Assembly: GCA_964016885.1 (NCBI GenBank)
Contig: CAXHJY010001261.1
Location: 24,988 to 88,987, forward strand
Origin: Eledone cirrhosa
Lineage: Eukaryota
DNA length: 64,000 bases
Direction of reading: 5' to 3'
Of this stretch, positions 38,801 through 50,100 are shown piece after piece. Positions within the stretch are counted from its first letter, which is position 1, and each line of letters opens with the position of its first letter. The notes under the pieces were generated by a model that did not search any database, was not told the origin of the DNA, and was given only the letters and a program-made list of their open reading frames with translations. Made by a program: the position numbers and the translations under genes.

Positions 38801-40000
38801 TATTAAAAAAAAAGAAAGAAATATTAGATCATCATCATCATCATTGTAACCACAGTTGAACATTCCTAACAAAGTCTATCCACAATTCACGATTCTCCAT
38901 TGCTCCTTACTGAGGTTTGTATCATCTGAGAGTTGATCAATGAAGGTTTGAGCAGGTCTTCTACTATGTCTCCTGTGTGTTGGTTCCCACAACAGTAGTT
39001 TGTATATAACTTCCTGCTTACTTCTCCAGCAATGTCCTGCAAATCGTAACTATTTTTGAGCAATTGTAGTTGTTATCTTGGGAAAATTTCCATATAAACT
39101 TTCATTTGTAATACATTGATGACAGTTTATGTTTTGTACAAAACAAGAAGTAATAAGGAAAAGGAAGAATTAAAAAGTGCCTGTTCTCAATGCATGCTTC
39201 ATCTGATTGAAAGAAACAAATATTAGATACGTGTTTCAAATAAAAGACATATTGGTTATGGCTACGCATGCGCACACACATACGTGTACTCATGTTAAAA
39301 ATGACAGCAGTTTTAGAAACTTTAGAAGAGACACACGTAAATGGATAAAGAGAGAGCAGATAAAAAGGCAGATTGGTACTTATTTTTTAACACAGCCGAC
39401 CTACACCTTATAGAAAACTAATTCAAATAACATAGCTAATGATTTGAGGGATTTGAATCTGTAACAGAAATGTGAGACAAGGCTACTGCTAAAAGGTAAT
39501 ATAAATTGTAGCGGTGGTAGTGGCAGCAGCAGAGATGATGGTGATGGTAATGAAGATGATGGTGGTGGTTGTTGTGGTAGTGATGATGATAGCTGTTTTT
39601 GTGTATCCTGTTATGGAAACCTTTCAAATCTATCAGCTATTCTCCACCAAAATACATTGGCAAGATAGATATATCCTTGATTTCTAAACATGCAAGATCA
39701 AGATTAGACATTCATTCAACTCATGGAGGAGAAAGGAAAAGGAAAAAGAGAATGGTGATGTATAAAAGAGTTGTGGATTGGCGGTGATGATGCATGTGTT
39801 TGGAGGGGTGGGTAATAACAGTTGTATCATAGAATACATTCTGTAAACACACACACACACACACACTGAATGTATATACATAGATTAGATTATAAACATA
39901 TATTGTAAACACACACACAGAGTTGAAAATGAACGAACAAATCACAGGAGAATTGTACAGTTATATCAGGTTCACGCTTAGTGGAAGTGGCTATATATAT

Positions 40001-40437
40001 ATCATCATCATTTTACGTCCGTTCTTCCACGCTAGCATGGGTTAGACGGGTTGTCCTGTGGTGGGCAGTGTGCAGTTGGCTGACGTTGTCTTGCTCATAC
40101 AGGAACTGATTCTGGCTTGATTTCTACAGCTGGAAGCCCTTCCTAACATCAACCTCATTTACAGTGAGTGCTGGGTGCTTTTTTTTTTTCGTGGTGCCTA
40201 CATGTCCACTTTACAGTGTGGGCTGGGTGCTTTTTTGCTGTGGCACTTCCACGACCACTTTGCAGTGGAATGTAGGGACCTTAGTCCTATCATCACATTT
40301 CTACAGCTGAGTAAACTGGAGCCTTGTGAAATAAAGTGTCTTGCTCAAAGAAACAACACATCACCCGGTCCGAGTATTGAACTCACAACCTTTCGATTGC
40401 AAGCCCAATGCTCTAACCATTAAGCCATGTGCCATCA
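40001..40437 (-). mobile_element. Full tRNA-derived SINE (family 2) whose 3' about 250 bp equals the RTE 3' UTR
   Basis: 40001-40260 is nearly identical to 40501-40752; head TGGCTTAATGG and GAGTTCAATAC. Confidence 0.9.
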
Positions 40438-40500
40438 CTATATATATATAGTCACTTATATATTATGAAATACTGTTGGCTTCACGCTCACAACAATTTC

Positions 40501-43500
40501 ATCATCACCGTTTTACGTCCGTTCTTCCACGCTAGCATGGGTTAGACGGGTTGTCCTGTTGTGGGCAGTGTCTGGTCGGCTGACCATGCCTTGCTCATAC
40601 AGGAACTGATCTGGCTTGATTTCTACAGCTGGATGCCCTTCCTAACACCAACCTCATTTACAGTGAGTGCTGGGTGCTTTTTCGTGGCGCCTACACGTCC
40701 ACTTTACAGTGTGGGCTGGGTGCTTTTTTGCCGTGGCACCTCCACGACCACCTTGCGGTGGGGGGGGGGGCATATTGTTTATATGCTTCAGCATGTACCC
40801 ATGGGAGGTCGGGTACCCTGTATTACTGCGTGACGCCAGAAGTCACGGTCGTGTGTCATTGACTTTGAGAGGTGTAGTTGGGTAAGGTCGGCTTTTATCA
40901 CCTCATCCCAAGTCATCTTGGGTCTCCCCACTCCGCGGTTTCCATCAACTTCTAGTGCTCTGCACCTTTTTATGCAGCTGTCATCCTTCATACGCATCAC
41001 ATGTCCATACCAGCGTAACCGCCTCTCCTGCACGCAGCATTTGATTCCTCTTATGCTCAGTCTCTCTCTCAATTCATTTATGCTTTGTCGTTCACGTATA
41101 TTACTGTTACACATCCATCGGAGCATGCAGGCTTCGTTTCTCTCTAATCTACGTAAGTCTTCCACCTTCAGCGCCCAGGTCTCACTACCATGCAACATCG
41201 CTGTTCGGATACACGCATCATACAGTCTGCCTTTCATTCTGAGGGAGAAGCCTTTTGCAGCTAGCAGTGGTAGTAGTTCCCTAAACTTCTTCCATCCCGT
41301 TCTTACCCTAGTTATTGTACTTTCTGAGCACCCACCTCCGTTGCTAATTCGGTCACCTAGGTAGCAGAAGCTGTCTACTGTTTCTACAGGGCCCTCCCAG
41401 AGATTGGTGGTACTTGTTTCCTGTGGCTGTTTGCTTGCTGTTTCAGCACAGCTGCTGCATGTGAATCCTACATTCTTAATTAAGCTTCCTGAGATCCCGC
41501 TACATCTCTTGTGTACCCATTGTTTGCATTTGGGGCAAAGAATGGAGTTCCTACCTACACCTTTCCTACATACTGAGCAAGGCCATTTCCCTGAGGGGAT
41601 CTGGGTTCTGTTTTCTCGTCTACTTATAAGGACCTTAGTCTTTGTCATGTTGACTTTGAGGCCCTTTCTCTCTAGTCCCTGCTTCCAGGTTTGGAATTTA
41701 TTCTCTAGTTCTACCATAGATTCAGCTATGAGTGCGAGGTCATCAGCATACAGGAGTTCCCATGGGCATCCGGTCTTAAACTCCTCCGTTATTGCCTGCA
41801 GGACTATGATGAACAGGAGAGGGCTAAGAACAGAGCCCTGGTGGACCCCAACCTGTACGCTAAATTCCTCGCTATACTCATTGCCAATCCTAACTTTGCT
41901 GACTGCTCCCCTATACATGGCTTGTACCGCTTTCACAAGCCATTCATCTACTCCTAGTTTTCTAAGAGCCCACCAGATTACTGCACGTGGAACTCTGTCA
42001 AAGGCTTTCTCAAGGTCGACAAATGCCAAGTAGAGTGGCTTACTTTTAGCTAGGTACTTTTCCTGTAATTGCCTCACAAGGAAGAGCGCATCAGTGGTGC
42101 CTTTCCCTGGAACAAACCCAAATTGCATCTCGTCTATATTCACCCGGTCCCTAATCAGCTGTGCTATAACTCTTTCTGTTACTTTCATGACCTGGTCCAT
42201 CAACTTTATACCTCTATAGTTTCCTCTATCTAGTGCATCGCCTTTACCTTTGTAGCAGTTGACAATGATGCTACTGCACCAATCTTTTGGTGTGGCCCCC
42301 TCTAGTATTACCTGGTTAACGATACGTGTGGTTATAGTGTGACCTACAGACCCAGATGCCTTCAGCATCTCGGCAGCTATACCCGATGGACCGGTTGCCT
42401 TCCCTATCTTCATATCTCTGATTGCCTTACTTACTACGCTGCCGCTGACTTGTACTGCTGGTCCCTCTATAGGGTCTACGTGGGGTAGGGTCTCTTCTTC
42501 CCATGCATTCTCCTCATTTAGTAATCTATCATAATGACTCTTCCATGCATCTTTCTTCTCAGCACTTGTGAGGGCAAGCTCACCTTTATCATTCCGGATA
42601 CACTTCTCTCCAATGACATCACAACTATCTCTGACACACTGCCTCGCAATCTTGAATACCTCCTGTTTCTGGTCCTCACGTTGTAAAACATGCTTGAATT
42701 TTCTATCCTCTGCTTCCCTCCTAGCTAAGTATACTTGTCGCCTAGCTTCCCTCTTGGTCTCTATGTAATGTACCCTGCTCCCCCCGTTCTTCCATTCTTT
42801 CCATGCCTGTCTCTTGGCCTTGACTGCTTCATCTACCTTATTGTTCCACCACCAAGTCACTCTCCTCCTGCTTGAGGTCTTACTCCAGCCACAAACCTCA
42901 TCCGTCGCCTCTAGTAAGTTATTTTTTAGGAACTCCCAGTTCTCTTCTACGTTAAATGTCTCTATCTGTTCTTCTTTACTGTCGTAGGCGTTGAGTAAAA
43001 TATCTTTAAATCTGTTACTGGTTGAGGGGACTTTCAGCTTCCAGATCTTTCTTCTCCAGGTTGGCCTCTGTTTCAGGGCTCGTCTAGTTCTGACCGTGAG
43101 GTCGCTGACAACTAAGCTATGTTGGGATGTACATTCCTCACTAGGGAAGGCTTTTGTGTTTACGACCGTCCATCTGTCACGTCCTCTGATGAGGATAAAA
43201 TCTAACTGACTAGAGTGCTCCCCTGATCTATAGGTGATCAGGTGGTTGTCGGGTTTTTTAAAGTTTGTGTTACATATCGACATGTCATTGGCGTCGCAGA
43301 ATTCTAGAAGTCTGAATCCTTCCTCATTCCTTGTGCCAACTCCATGGCCTCCATGTACTCTATTGAAGCCGTCGCAGTGTTTACCTACGTGTCCGTTAAA
43401 ATCTCCTGCAATGATTAGGAAGTCCTTGTCGTCTGTTAGAGCAGTAGTGTGTATTAGGGACTCGTAAAACCTATCCTTAAGTTCGTCTGGCAGCCCCGAT

Positions 43501-44085
43501 TGGGGTGCGTAAGCTGATATTATTGTGGTAATTGTCTTATTCAGGACTAGTCTGAGTTTAATGATTCTTGCATTTACCCTGTACACTGAGATTACTTTAT
43601 CTACCCACTTGTCAGCTAATAGTATACCTACACCACCCATCCCATCGTCATTTCCCACCCAGAAAAATTTGTAGCACTGGCTTTTTCCTACAAGGACTCT
43701 AGCAGACCCTCCTCTCCATCTAGTCTCTTGCACACAGCATACATCAACTTCCTTTCGCTCTAGCATTTCTACGATTTCTCCTGCTCTTCCTTTCATTGAG
43801 CCTACATTGATGGTACCAACTCGGAGTTTTGGGCATTTGTCGACACTCGTAGGGGAGGGTCTCTGGGTTGGCGCTTCACGTGGGTGCTTGGTAGCTCGCA
43901 GATTCATATTTCATCTATTGATTCAGAGTTGCTCGTGTATTCCCAGCTCATCCATCCCTAACGGTGGGAAAATTGAGGGCTAGAAGGACAGTGGTGGTGG
44001 GGTAATGGCAGGGTGTGTTGGGATGCGCCAGAGGAGGAGAGAGTTAGTTAGGCAGGTAGTAGCAGCAGCAGCAGTGGAAATGGCA
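40501..44085 (-). mobile_element. RTE-clade LINE (family B) with complete ORF
   Basis: Single long ORF, about 290-bp 3' UTR, (GAT)-type tail, short 5' UTR; 5' boundary approximate. Confidence 0.93.
40788..43907 (-). CDS. Intact RTE polyprotein, 1039 aa: APE + RT + embedded PHD-like finger
   Basis: GTINV, VQETRW, AYAPQ, GDFNGHVG, QLDF, SQH; RT LLYADD; no stops or frameshifts. Confidence 0.95.
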   Translation of the reverse strand: MNLRATKHPREAPTQRPSPTSVDKCPKLRVGTINVGSMKGRAGEIVEMLERKEVDVCCVQETRWRGGSARVLVGKSQCYKFFWVGNDDGMGGVGILLADKWVDKVISVYRVNARIIKLRLVLNKTITTIISAYAPQSGLPDELKDRFYESLIHTTALTDDKDFLIIAGDFNGHVGKHCDGFNRVHGGHGVGTRNEEGFRLLEFCDANDMSICNTNFKKPDNHLITYRSGEHSSQLDFILIRGRDRWTVVNTKAFPSEECTSQHSLVVSDLTVRTRRALKQRPTWRRKIWKLKVPSTSNRFKDILLNAYDSKEEQIETFNVEENWEFLKNNLLEATDEVCGWSKTSSRRRVTWWWNNKVDEAVKAKRQAWKEWKNGGSRVHYIETKREARRQVYLARREAEDRKFKHVLQREDQKQEVFKIARQCVRDSCDVIGEKCIRNDKGELALTSAEKKDAWKSHYDRLLNEENAWEEETLPHVDPIEGPAVQVSGSVVSKAIRDMKIGKATGPSGIAAEMLKASGSVGHTITTRIVNQVILEGATPKDWCSSIIVNCYKGKGDALDRGNYRGIKLMDQVMKVTERVIAQLIRDRVNIDEMQFGFVPGKGTTDALFLVRQLQEKYLAKSKPLYLAFVDLEKAFDRVPRAVIWWALRKLGVDEWLVKAVQAMYRGAVSKVRIGNEYSEEFSVQVGVHQGSVLSPLLFIIVLQAITEEFKTGCPWELLYADDLALIAESMVELENKFQTWKQGLERKGLKVNMTKTKVLISRRENRTQIPSGKWPCSVCRKGVGRNSILCPKCKQWVHKRCSGISGSLIKNVGFTCSSCAETASKQPQETSTTNLWEGPVETVDSFCYLGDRISNGGGCSESTITRVRTGWKKFRELLPLLAAKGFSLRMKGRLYDACIRTAMLHGSETWALKVEDLRRLERNEACMLRWMCNSNIRERQSINELRERLSIRGIKCCVQERRLRWYGHVMRMKDDSCIKRCRALEVDGNRGVGRPKMTWDEVIKADLTQLHLSKSMTHDRDFWRHAVIQGTRPPMGTC

Positions 44086-44409
44086 TTTATATACTTTAAT
44101 TTATATTTATACTTGGAATTCTCCTAGAGTGCTTAAAATTATTTGTGACTAATCCCGGTCTTTTTTTTTTTTTAAAACCGCGATAATATTGCTATTTTGC
44201 TGAACTCCTTACACTTGTAGAGTTTTTTTTTTTTCGGAATGTGTTTTGACTGTTGTTTCATGTAAACAGACATTCGTCCCATTCTGACATCACCAGCCAT
44301 GTCTCTCCATGTGCATTTATTTTTCATAATTACGTACGAGGTGAACTAGTCTGTCTTTAAATTACCTTTTTGGCATATTCTACAGTGGGTTTTGGGTTAT
44401 CGTGTTTGA

Positions 44410-44489
44410 GCTCTGCTGATGAACGACTCCAACCGTGGCCATCCCCACTGAAAGTTTCGCGAAATAGTCTTTTTAAGACTATACAGAGC
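44410..44489 (+). ncRNA. Complete type I hammerhead ribozyme
   Basis: GCTCTG-CTGATGA-[stem II]-GAA-ATAGTCTT-ttt-AAGACTAT-A^CAGAGC; 6-bp stem I, 8-bp stem III, AUA triplet, predicted cleavage after 44483. Confidence 0.85.
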
Positions 44490-44734
44490 ATTTGTAGATT
44501 TTCCAAATTGAAGGATGAGTATTTAAGCTTTATTTTATTCTGAGTTAAGGGTCTATTGATTTTTTCCCTGGAATTCACAAAATTCTATGGATTAATCTGT
44601 CGTGATTTTTTTTTTTAATCGAGTTTGAATTATTTTCCCACATCTTATGTTAACTCTTTTTCCATTTTGACGTTATAGTCACATATATTATGAAATACTG
44701 TTGGCTTCACGCTCACAACAATTTCTATACTTTA

Positions 44735-44772
<38 letters not shown>

Positions 44773-44780
<8 letters not shown>

Positions 44781-45098
44781 ATTAGAAATAGATTGACACA
44801 TATATATATAAAATAAACACATGAAACAATCTCAGGGAATAATTTGTAAAGTGTGTAAGCACACATAGCTAGGTAGGTAAATAATTAAAGTTTAACTAGA
44901 ACTTCAAATATAGGTACCTTTTTAAATGATTAGTCAGATTAATTGATTTTAAAAGGTACCTATATTTGAAGTTCTAGTTAAACTTTAATTAGTTACCTAC
45001 CTAGCTATGTGTGCTTACACACTTTACAAATTATTCCCTGAGATTGTTTCATGTGTTTATTTTATATATATATGTGTCAATCCATTTCTAGTTGATAT
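44773..45098. repeat. Imperfect fold-back palindrome, arms about 150 bp
   Basis: Arms are reverse complements with a few mismatches; about 20-bp spacer; starts at a (TA)n run. Confidence 0.9.
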
Positions 45099-45196
45099 AA
45101 AATGCTCGGAACTATTCATTGGAATCTTTGAGCTTATTCTGCAGTGAATATGGTGCATGTCTCTCAGACATGACAACTTTACCTTAATTTAATTTT

Positions 45197-45230
<34 letters not shown>

Positions 45231-45286
45231 AGTAAGGATATTTTCGAAACATCGAGTTGGTTTGAAATTATTAGAAATGTAAGCTA

Positions 45287-45603
45287 TCGCCGTATTTTAA
45301 CTAAAGAAATTAAAGAAATTATTTAGCCTGATAGTGGGGTTAAGAACCCTCGGAGAAATGGAAAAAGTTGAGTATTGACGTACATGGGAGTCGAACCCAC
45401 ATCTTTGGTTATCCGGACCACTGTGATACCATTTACACCAAGACATCACGGGTGATGTGTTGGTGTAAATGGTAGCACAGTGGTCCGGATAACCAAAGAT
45501 GTGGGTTCGACTCCCATGTACGTCAATACTCATCTTTTTCCATTTCTCTGAGGGTTCTTAACCCCACTATCAGGCTAAATAATTTCTTTAGTCAAAATAC
45601 GGC

Positions 45604-45605
<2 letters not shown>
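45287..45605. repeat. Palindrome made of two divergent tRNA-like Pol III units
   Basis: Centre near 45450; each arm has A box TGGTGTAAATGG, B box GGTTCGACTCC and a downstream TTTTT. Confidence 0.85.
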
Positions 45606-45664
<59 letters not shown>

Positions 45665-45776
45665 CAGTAGCACTAAGACAGCATTTTAGTATAATATGGG
45701 TATATTCACTGCCTATAAGCATACAGTATATGGTTTCATACACACCTCTATCATATATATATATCGATTAGGCAAG

Positions 45777-45890
45777 ACCCCGCTGATGAAGCCACATGCG
45801 CCGATTGTGCATTATTGCTTAATAAATGTAGACAATGGATGCTATACGCTCTCTTACTGCATTGAGTGTGGCAGAAACTTGAGTACAGGT
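45777..45890 (+). ncRNA. Minimal type I hammerhead, tandem copy 1
   Basis: CTGATGA-AGCCACA...TGTGGCA-GAAAC-TTGA-GTA^CAGGT. Confidence 0.7.
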
Positions 45891-46205
45891 ATAAATTTAT
45901 GGTACCCATTTACGTGTGTTGTATGTATCAAGGCAAATAACTGTGTCTACTCAGGGATTTATACATAACCATACCCATTGAGTACACCGAGATGGAACCG
46001 GTACTAGCTGGGAAAATGTATGCTAGTCCCGTTAACCTCTTATTTTTCTTCCAACTCGCAGATTCACAATCGGTTGGCAGTATTTTGATGACACACAAGG
46101 ATTCCAGTTACTACTATACTATTCTGTCGCCTGTCACATTTACTGCCAAAGCCAGCACAATCTGGAATCGAATCCTGTCGATCGATTGGTTATTGATTAG
46201 GCGAG

Positions 46206-46318
46206 ACCTGCTGATGAAGCCACATGCGCCGATTGTGCATTATTGCATAATAAATGCAGACAATGGATGCTATATGCTCTTTTACTACACTAAGTGTGGC
46301 AGAAACTCAAGTACAGGT
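46206..46318 (+). ncRNA. Minimal type I hammerhead, tandem copy 2
   Basis: ACCTG-CTGATGA-AGCCACA...TGTGGCA-GAAAC-TCAA-GTA^CAGGT; 5-bp stem I. Confidence 0.78.
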
Positions 46319-46482
46319 ATAAATTTATGGTACCCATTTATGCGTGTTGTATCGAGACACATAACTTTGTGTCAACTCTGGGATTTATACATAACCTTAC
46401 CTATTGAGTACATTGAGATGCAACCGGTACTAGCAGGGGAATCATATTCTAGTATCGCTAACCTCTTATTTTATATATATAT

Positions 46483-46516
<34 letters not shown>

Positions 46517-46787
46517 ATTCATTATGTATATAAATTACGTACAATCATACATGGCATACATACATTTAGTATTTCAGTTTGAACCATTAAGAAGAAGACC
46601 ATGCTGGAGCAGTCTTCGTAGGGCAGATCTGAAAGTTGCTATATAAATTTAATTAACAGATATCACATATATTACACGTGTTCCATATAAAACGCACTAC
46701 TACTACGTTAACTACAAGTAGTTTAGTTCATGCACTATTTAGTTTAGTAGTGGTATACATTAAATGTTGATGATGGTTACTATCACA

Positions 46788-47170
46788 TCGGCGGTGGTGG
46801 ATTGGCAGTGTCGGTAGAGGGTCTGACGCCATGCTTTGCAGCAAAGAGTTGCGGCCCTTTATGATCGGAGTTCAAATCCCGCCGAGGTTAACTTTGCCTT
46901 TCATCCTTACGGGGTCGATAAAATAAAGTACCAGTAATACACTGGAATTGCTGGACTTGTGCCAAAAGTAAAAACACTTATTAAGGTCGGTGAATTGGCA
47001 GTATCAGTATCAGTAGCTTTGCAACATAGAGTTATGGCGCTTTACGTTCTGAGTTCAAATGCCACGGAGGATAGCTTTGCTTTTCATCCTTACGGGGTCG
47101 ATAAGATAAAGTATCCGTAATGCATTGGGGTAATTGCTGACCTTGTGCCAAAAGTAAAAACAATTATTAA
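46788..47170 (+). mobile_element. Two tandem SINE family 3 copies
   Basis: Repeated head/B box/TTTCATCCTTACGGGGTCGAT body. Confidence 0.8.
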
Positions 47171-50100
47171 CGGCAAGCCAACAGTGGAGCCTGTATGCAG
47201 TCTCTCCATCTGCTGGAAATAGCAGCCCACCTCCCACCCAATTTACACCCTTAAAAAGGTAAAGAAAGAAACATCCGATAATGTATTCGATAGCTAGAAA
47301 AAATATATGAGGTGGTCCAAACTGGAACGGTTTGATCATAATTCTGTTTGCTTAGGGCTCGCTGACCTGGGTCTAAACACTAACAAGATTACTGACTGCT
47401 ACTGTACTACCATACTACTACTACTACCATCACCACCGCCACTACATCACTGACTACTAGTACAACTACAACATGATTAACTTTCTACGCTACAATAATA
47501 GTACTACTACCGCCACTGTCACCACCACTACTACCACTACACTACAACATGATTGACTTACACAACAATACTACTACAACACTGACTACTATTATACTAC
47601 AACACTGCTACGTTTCGATAAACCCAAATGATTTTATTTTAGTTTTCCCCATATTAGTAGTAGTAGTGGCGGTGACGGCGACGGTAGCAGTAGTAACAGC
47701 AATACACTTGTTGCGGTTGCTTGTTTTGTTATTTGACCTTATCGGTGTTTACGTAAAAAATAACTAAGATTGTTTTGTAATATTCAAGCAAACATCCGAA
47801 TATACACCTACATAAATATACAGAGAGAGAGAGAGAGAAGGGGGGGGGGGTGCACATACGTCAACAGACATAATACAATTCAGACATCCAAAACCATCTA
47901 TTTACTAATAAACACACTCAAATATAATGAGTGTGTGTGCATGTCTATGTATATATATGTGTGCGTGTGTGTGTGACTGTTACAAACATACACATACGCA
48001 CCCACCCGATCTATGCTGACGATAAAAACATTGTTGTGATAATGATAATGTTGGGGATGATAGCAATAATAACGGTGATGCTAGGATAATAATGACTATA
48101 GTGACATTTGGATGTAGGAATAATGCTGGTGATGATGATGCTGTGAAGGTGGTGTTGCTGGCTGGCATTACATGGATATATATATAAATACACACACATA
48201 CAATAAAATGATAAATGATGATGATGTGTAAGCGTACACACACAAATGGGTATTTTAGCTGAAATCTGCTTTCCCGAGTTGGTAGCCTGTTTTAGAGCAG
48301 CATATCTTAAGGACAGTCCACCTTGTGGTCCCGGTCGACAGAATGCAGAAGATATTACCCCGGATGATGGTGTGAGATGCGCAGGAACAACCACACCACC
48401 TCGCCCAGCTTGCACCCTTGGGGGTTGTCAATTCAACTCCAATAGCAGTGAATCGGGCTGTGGTTCGGAGCTAGCTCCGCTCCGATAGCCATGATCAGGG
48501 ATATGGTCGAGGAGGGAGTACAGGAACACCGGTAGTAAAATAGAAGATGAAATAAAGGAGATGGGGAGATGGAGAGAGAGAGGGGGGGGATATGTGTTGA
48601 GAAAGAAATAGGAGAAAGCTTCAGACGTCTTTATTTTTGGGGTTTTTTTTATATCATTTTTCATCGGAAGGCAAAGAAATATAAAGGGATGCTGGAACGT
48701 CCATGCCTGTCTCAAGTTATTAGCTATCTGGGTGATACCGGAATAATTAAGGAGTTCGCTTCACAATCATTAGGTCTCGGGTTCGATCCCACTGTATGGC
48801 ACTTTGGGTAAATATTATTTACCATAGTTTCGGGTCGACTCATTTTTTGTGAGTGGAACTTGGTAGACAGAAACCGTAATTTAAAGGTAGCAGAGATAGT
48901 GTAATGCTGATTTTGGTAACAGTGGTAGTGTAGTGGTGTTGGTAGAAGAGGTAGTGAAGATGTTATTTAACCCCTAGGTCTGTACTTATTGATCAAAGGA
49001 TTTCTAAACGTGAACATCTATTTTATTTATACAGTATATCTAGGGATGCATTATCCAATGTGTTGTTCCTAGCCAGTTTTTATGACAGTAGGGTGTAATT
49101 TCAGAAAGATTTGACTGCTATTTCTAGCAAGTCGGATGATAGATTAGAAACTTCCTTGTTGGTTCATAGTGTAGTTTGCAATTTGTAGTTGGGGGTGAGA
49201 TGTAATGGAGGGCTGAGGGTTGTTGTTGGTAGTGGTGGTGTTGATGTCGGACACACTTAGCTCAACCCTGATTAAAGGTGCATGTCCAAGACGTGACCAT
49301 CCCATGGTGTAACTCAGATTACGTTATCCAATTTGTCCTTAGAATGTGAATTGAGATATATTTGGCTGCCATTTCAAACAGTTCGGACTACATTAGCTGG
49401 TGATGATGTTGGCATCAGTGGTGGTGATAGTGTAGTAGTTATAGTTTATGGTGGCAGCATCTAGCTTGCGATGTCTATTCTGTTTCGGGCTCGGAGGTTC
49501 ATCAAGCCGATGCTTATCCCGGTTTCCGAGGCGTTAAGCGACTTAGAGTACAACACTCACCCAAGGACAGGATGCCAGTCCATCGCAGTTACTGATGGTA
49601 CTCACATACTGGAGCAACGTGAAATAAAGTGTTTTTGCTCAAGAACACAACACACAACCCACTCCAGGAATCGAACCCACAACATAATTCGTAGGGTTGA
49701 GATGATGGCGATAGTAAAGACATGAAAGTTTAGATACAATTCAGCCTTGATGGAACAGACATATATATATAATTATAATCAATCCCATTCCAATTATGAC
49801 CCTGTCGTCTTTTCGTGTGTGCAGAGAGAACCCATGGTCATCTAATTCAGCGTGTTCTTTTTTTTCCAAGGAATGATTTAAGGGAGATTTGGCTGCAATT
49901 TCCAGCAGACCGAGCAAGCGCGTTGATGCTCCCTCGTCACTGGATGACAGCAGTACTACTGGTGAATGATCAGATGATAGGGTAGAAGATGAGAGATGGT
50001 AAAGAGAAGTTGTCTGCTCTCTGAAAAACGACCAAACTGAAGAGGTTGTATAATAAAGAAGAGCGACGTCTGCTAGAGAGGAGATGATACTGCCGTAATG

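Noticed and set aside
40918-43467. Plus-strand ORFs overlapping the RTE (and similar ones over other LINEs)
   Set aside because: Antisense shadows of LINE coding sequence.
40447-44725. 52-bp direct repeat read as the RTE target-site duplication
   Set aside because: The adjoining sequence also repeats at 44090, so it is better explained as terminal redundancy of an older element that the RTE interrupted.
45454-45526. Functional tRNA gene
   Set aside because: Non-canonical anticodon arm and several G-U pairs in the acceptor stem; reported as tRNA-like only.
48246-48500. GC-rich island with 80-aa and 134-aa ORFs
   Set aside because: No recognisable domain or splice context; probably a repeat fragment that I cannot assign.
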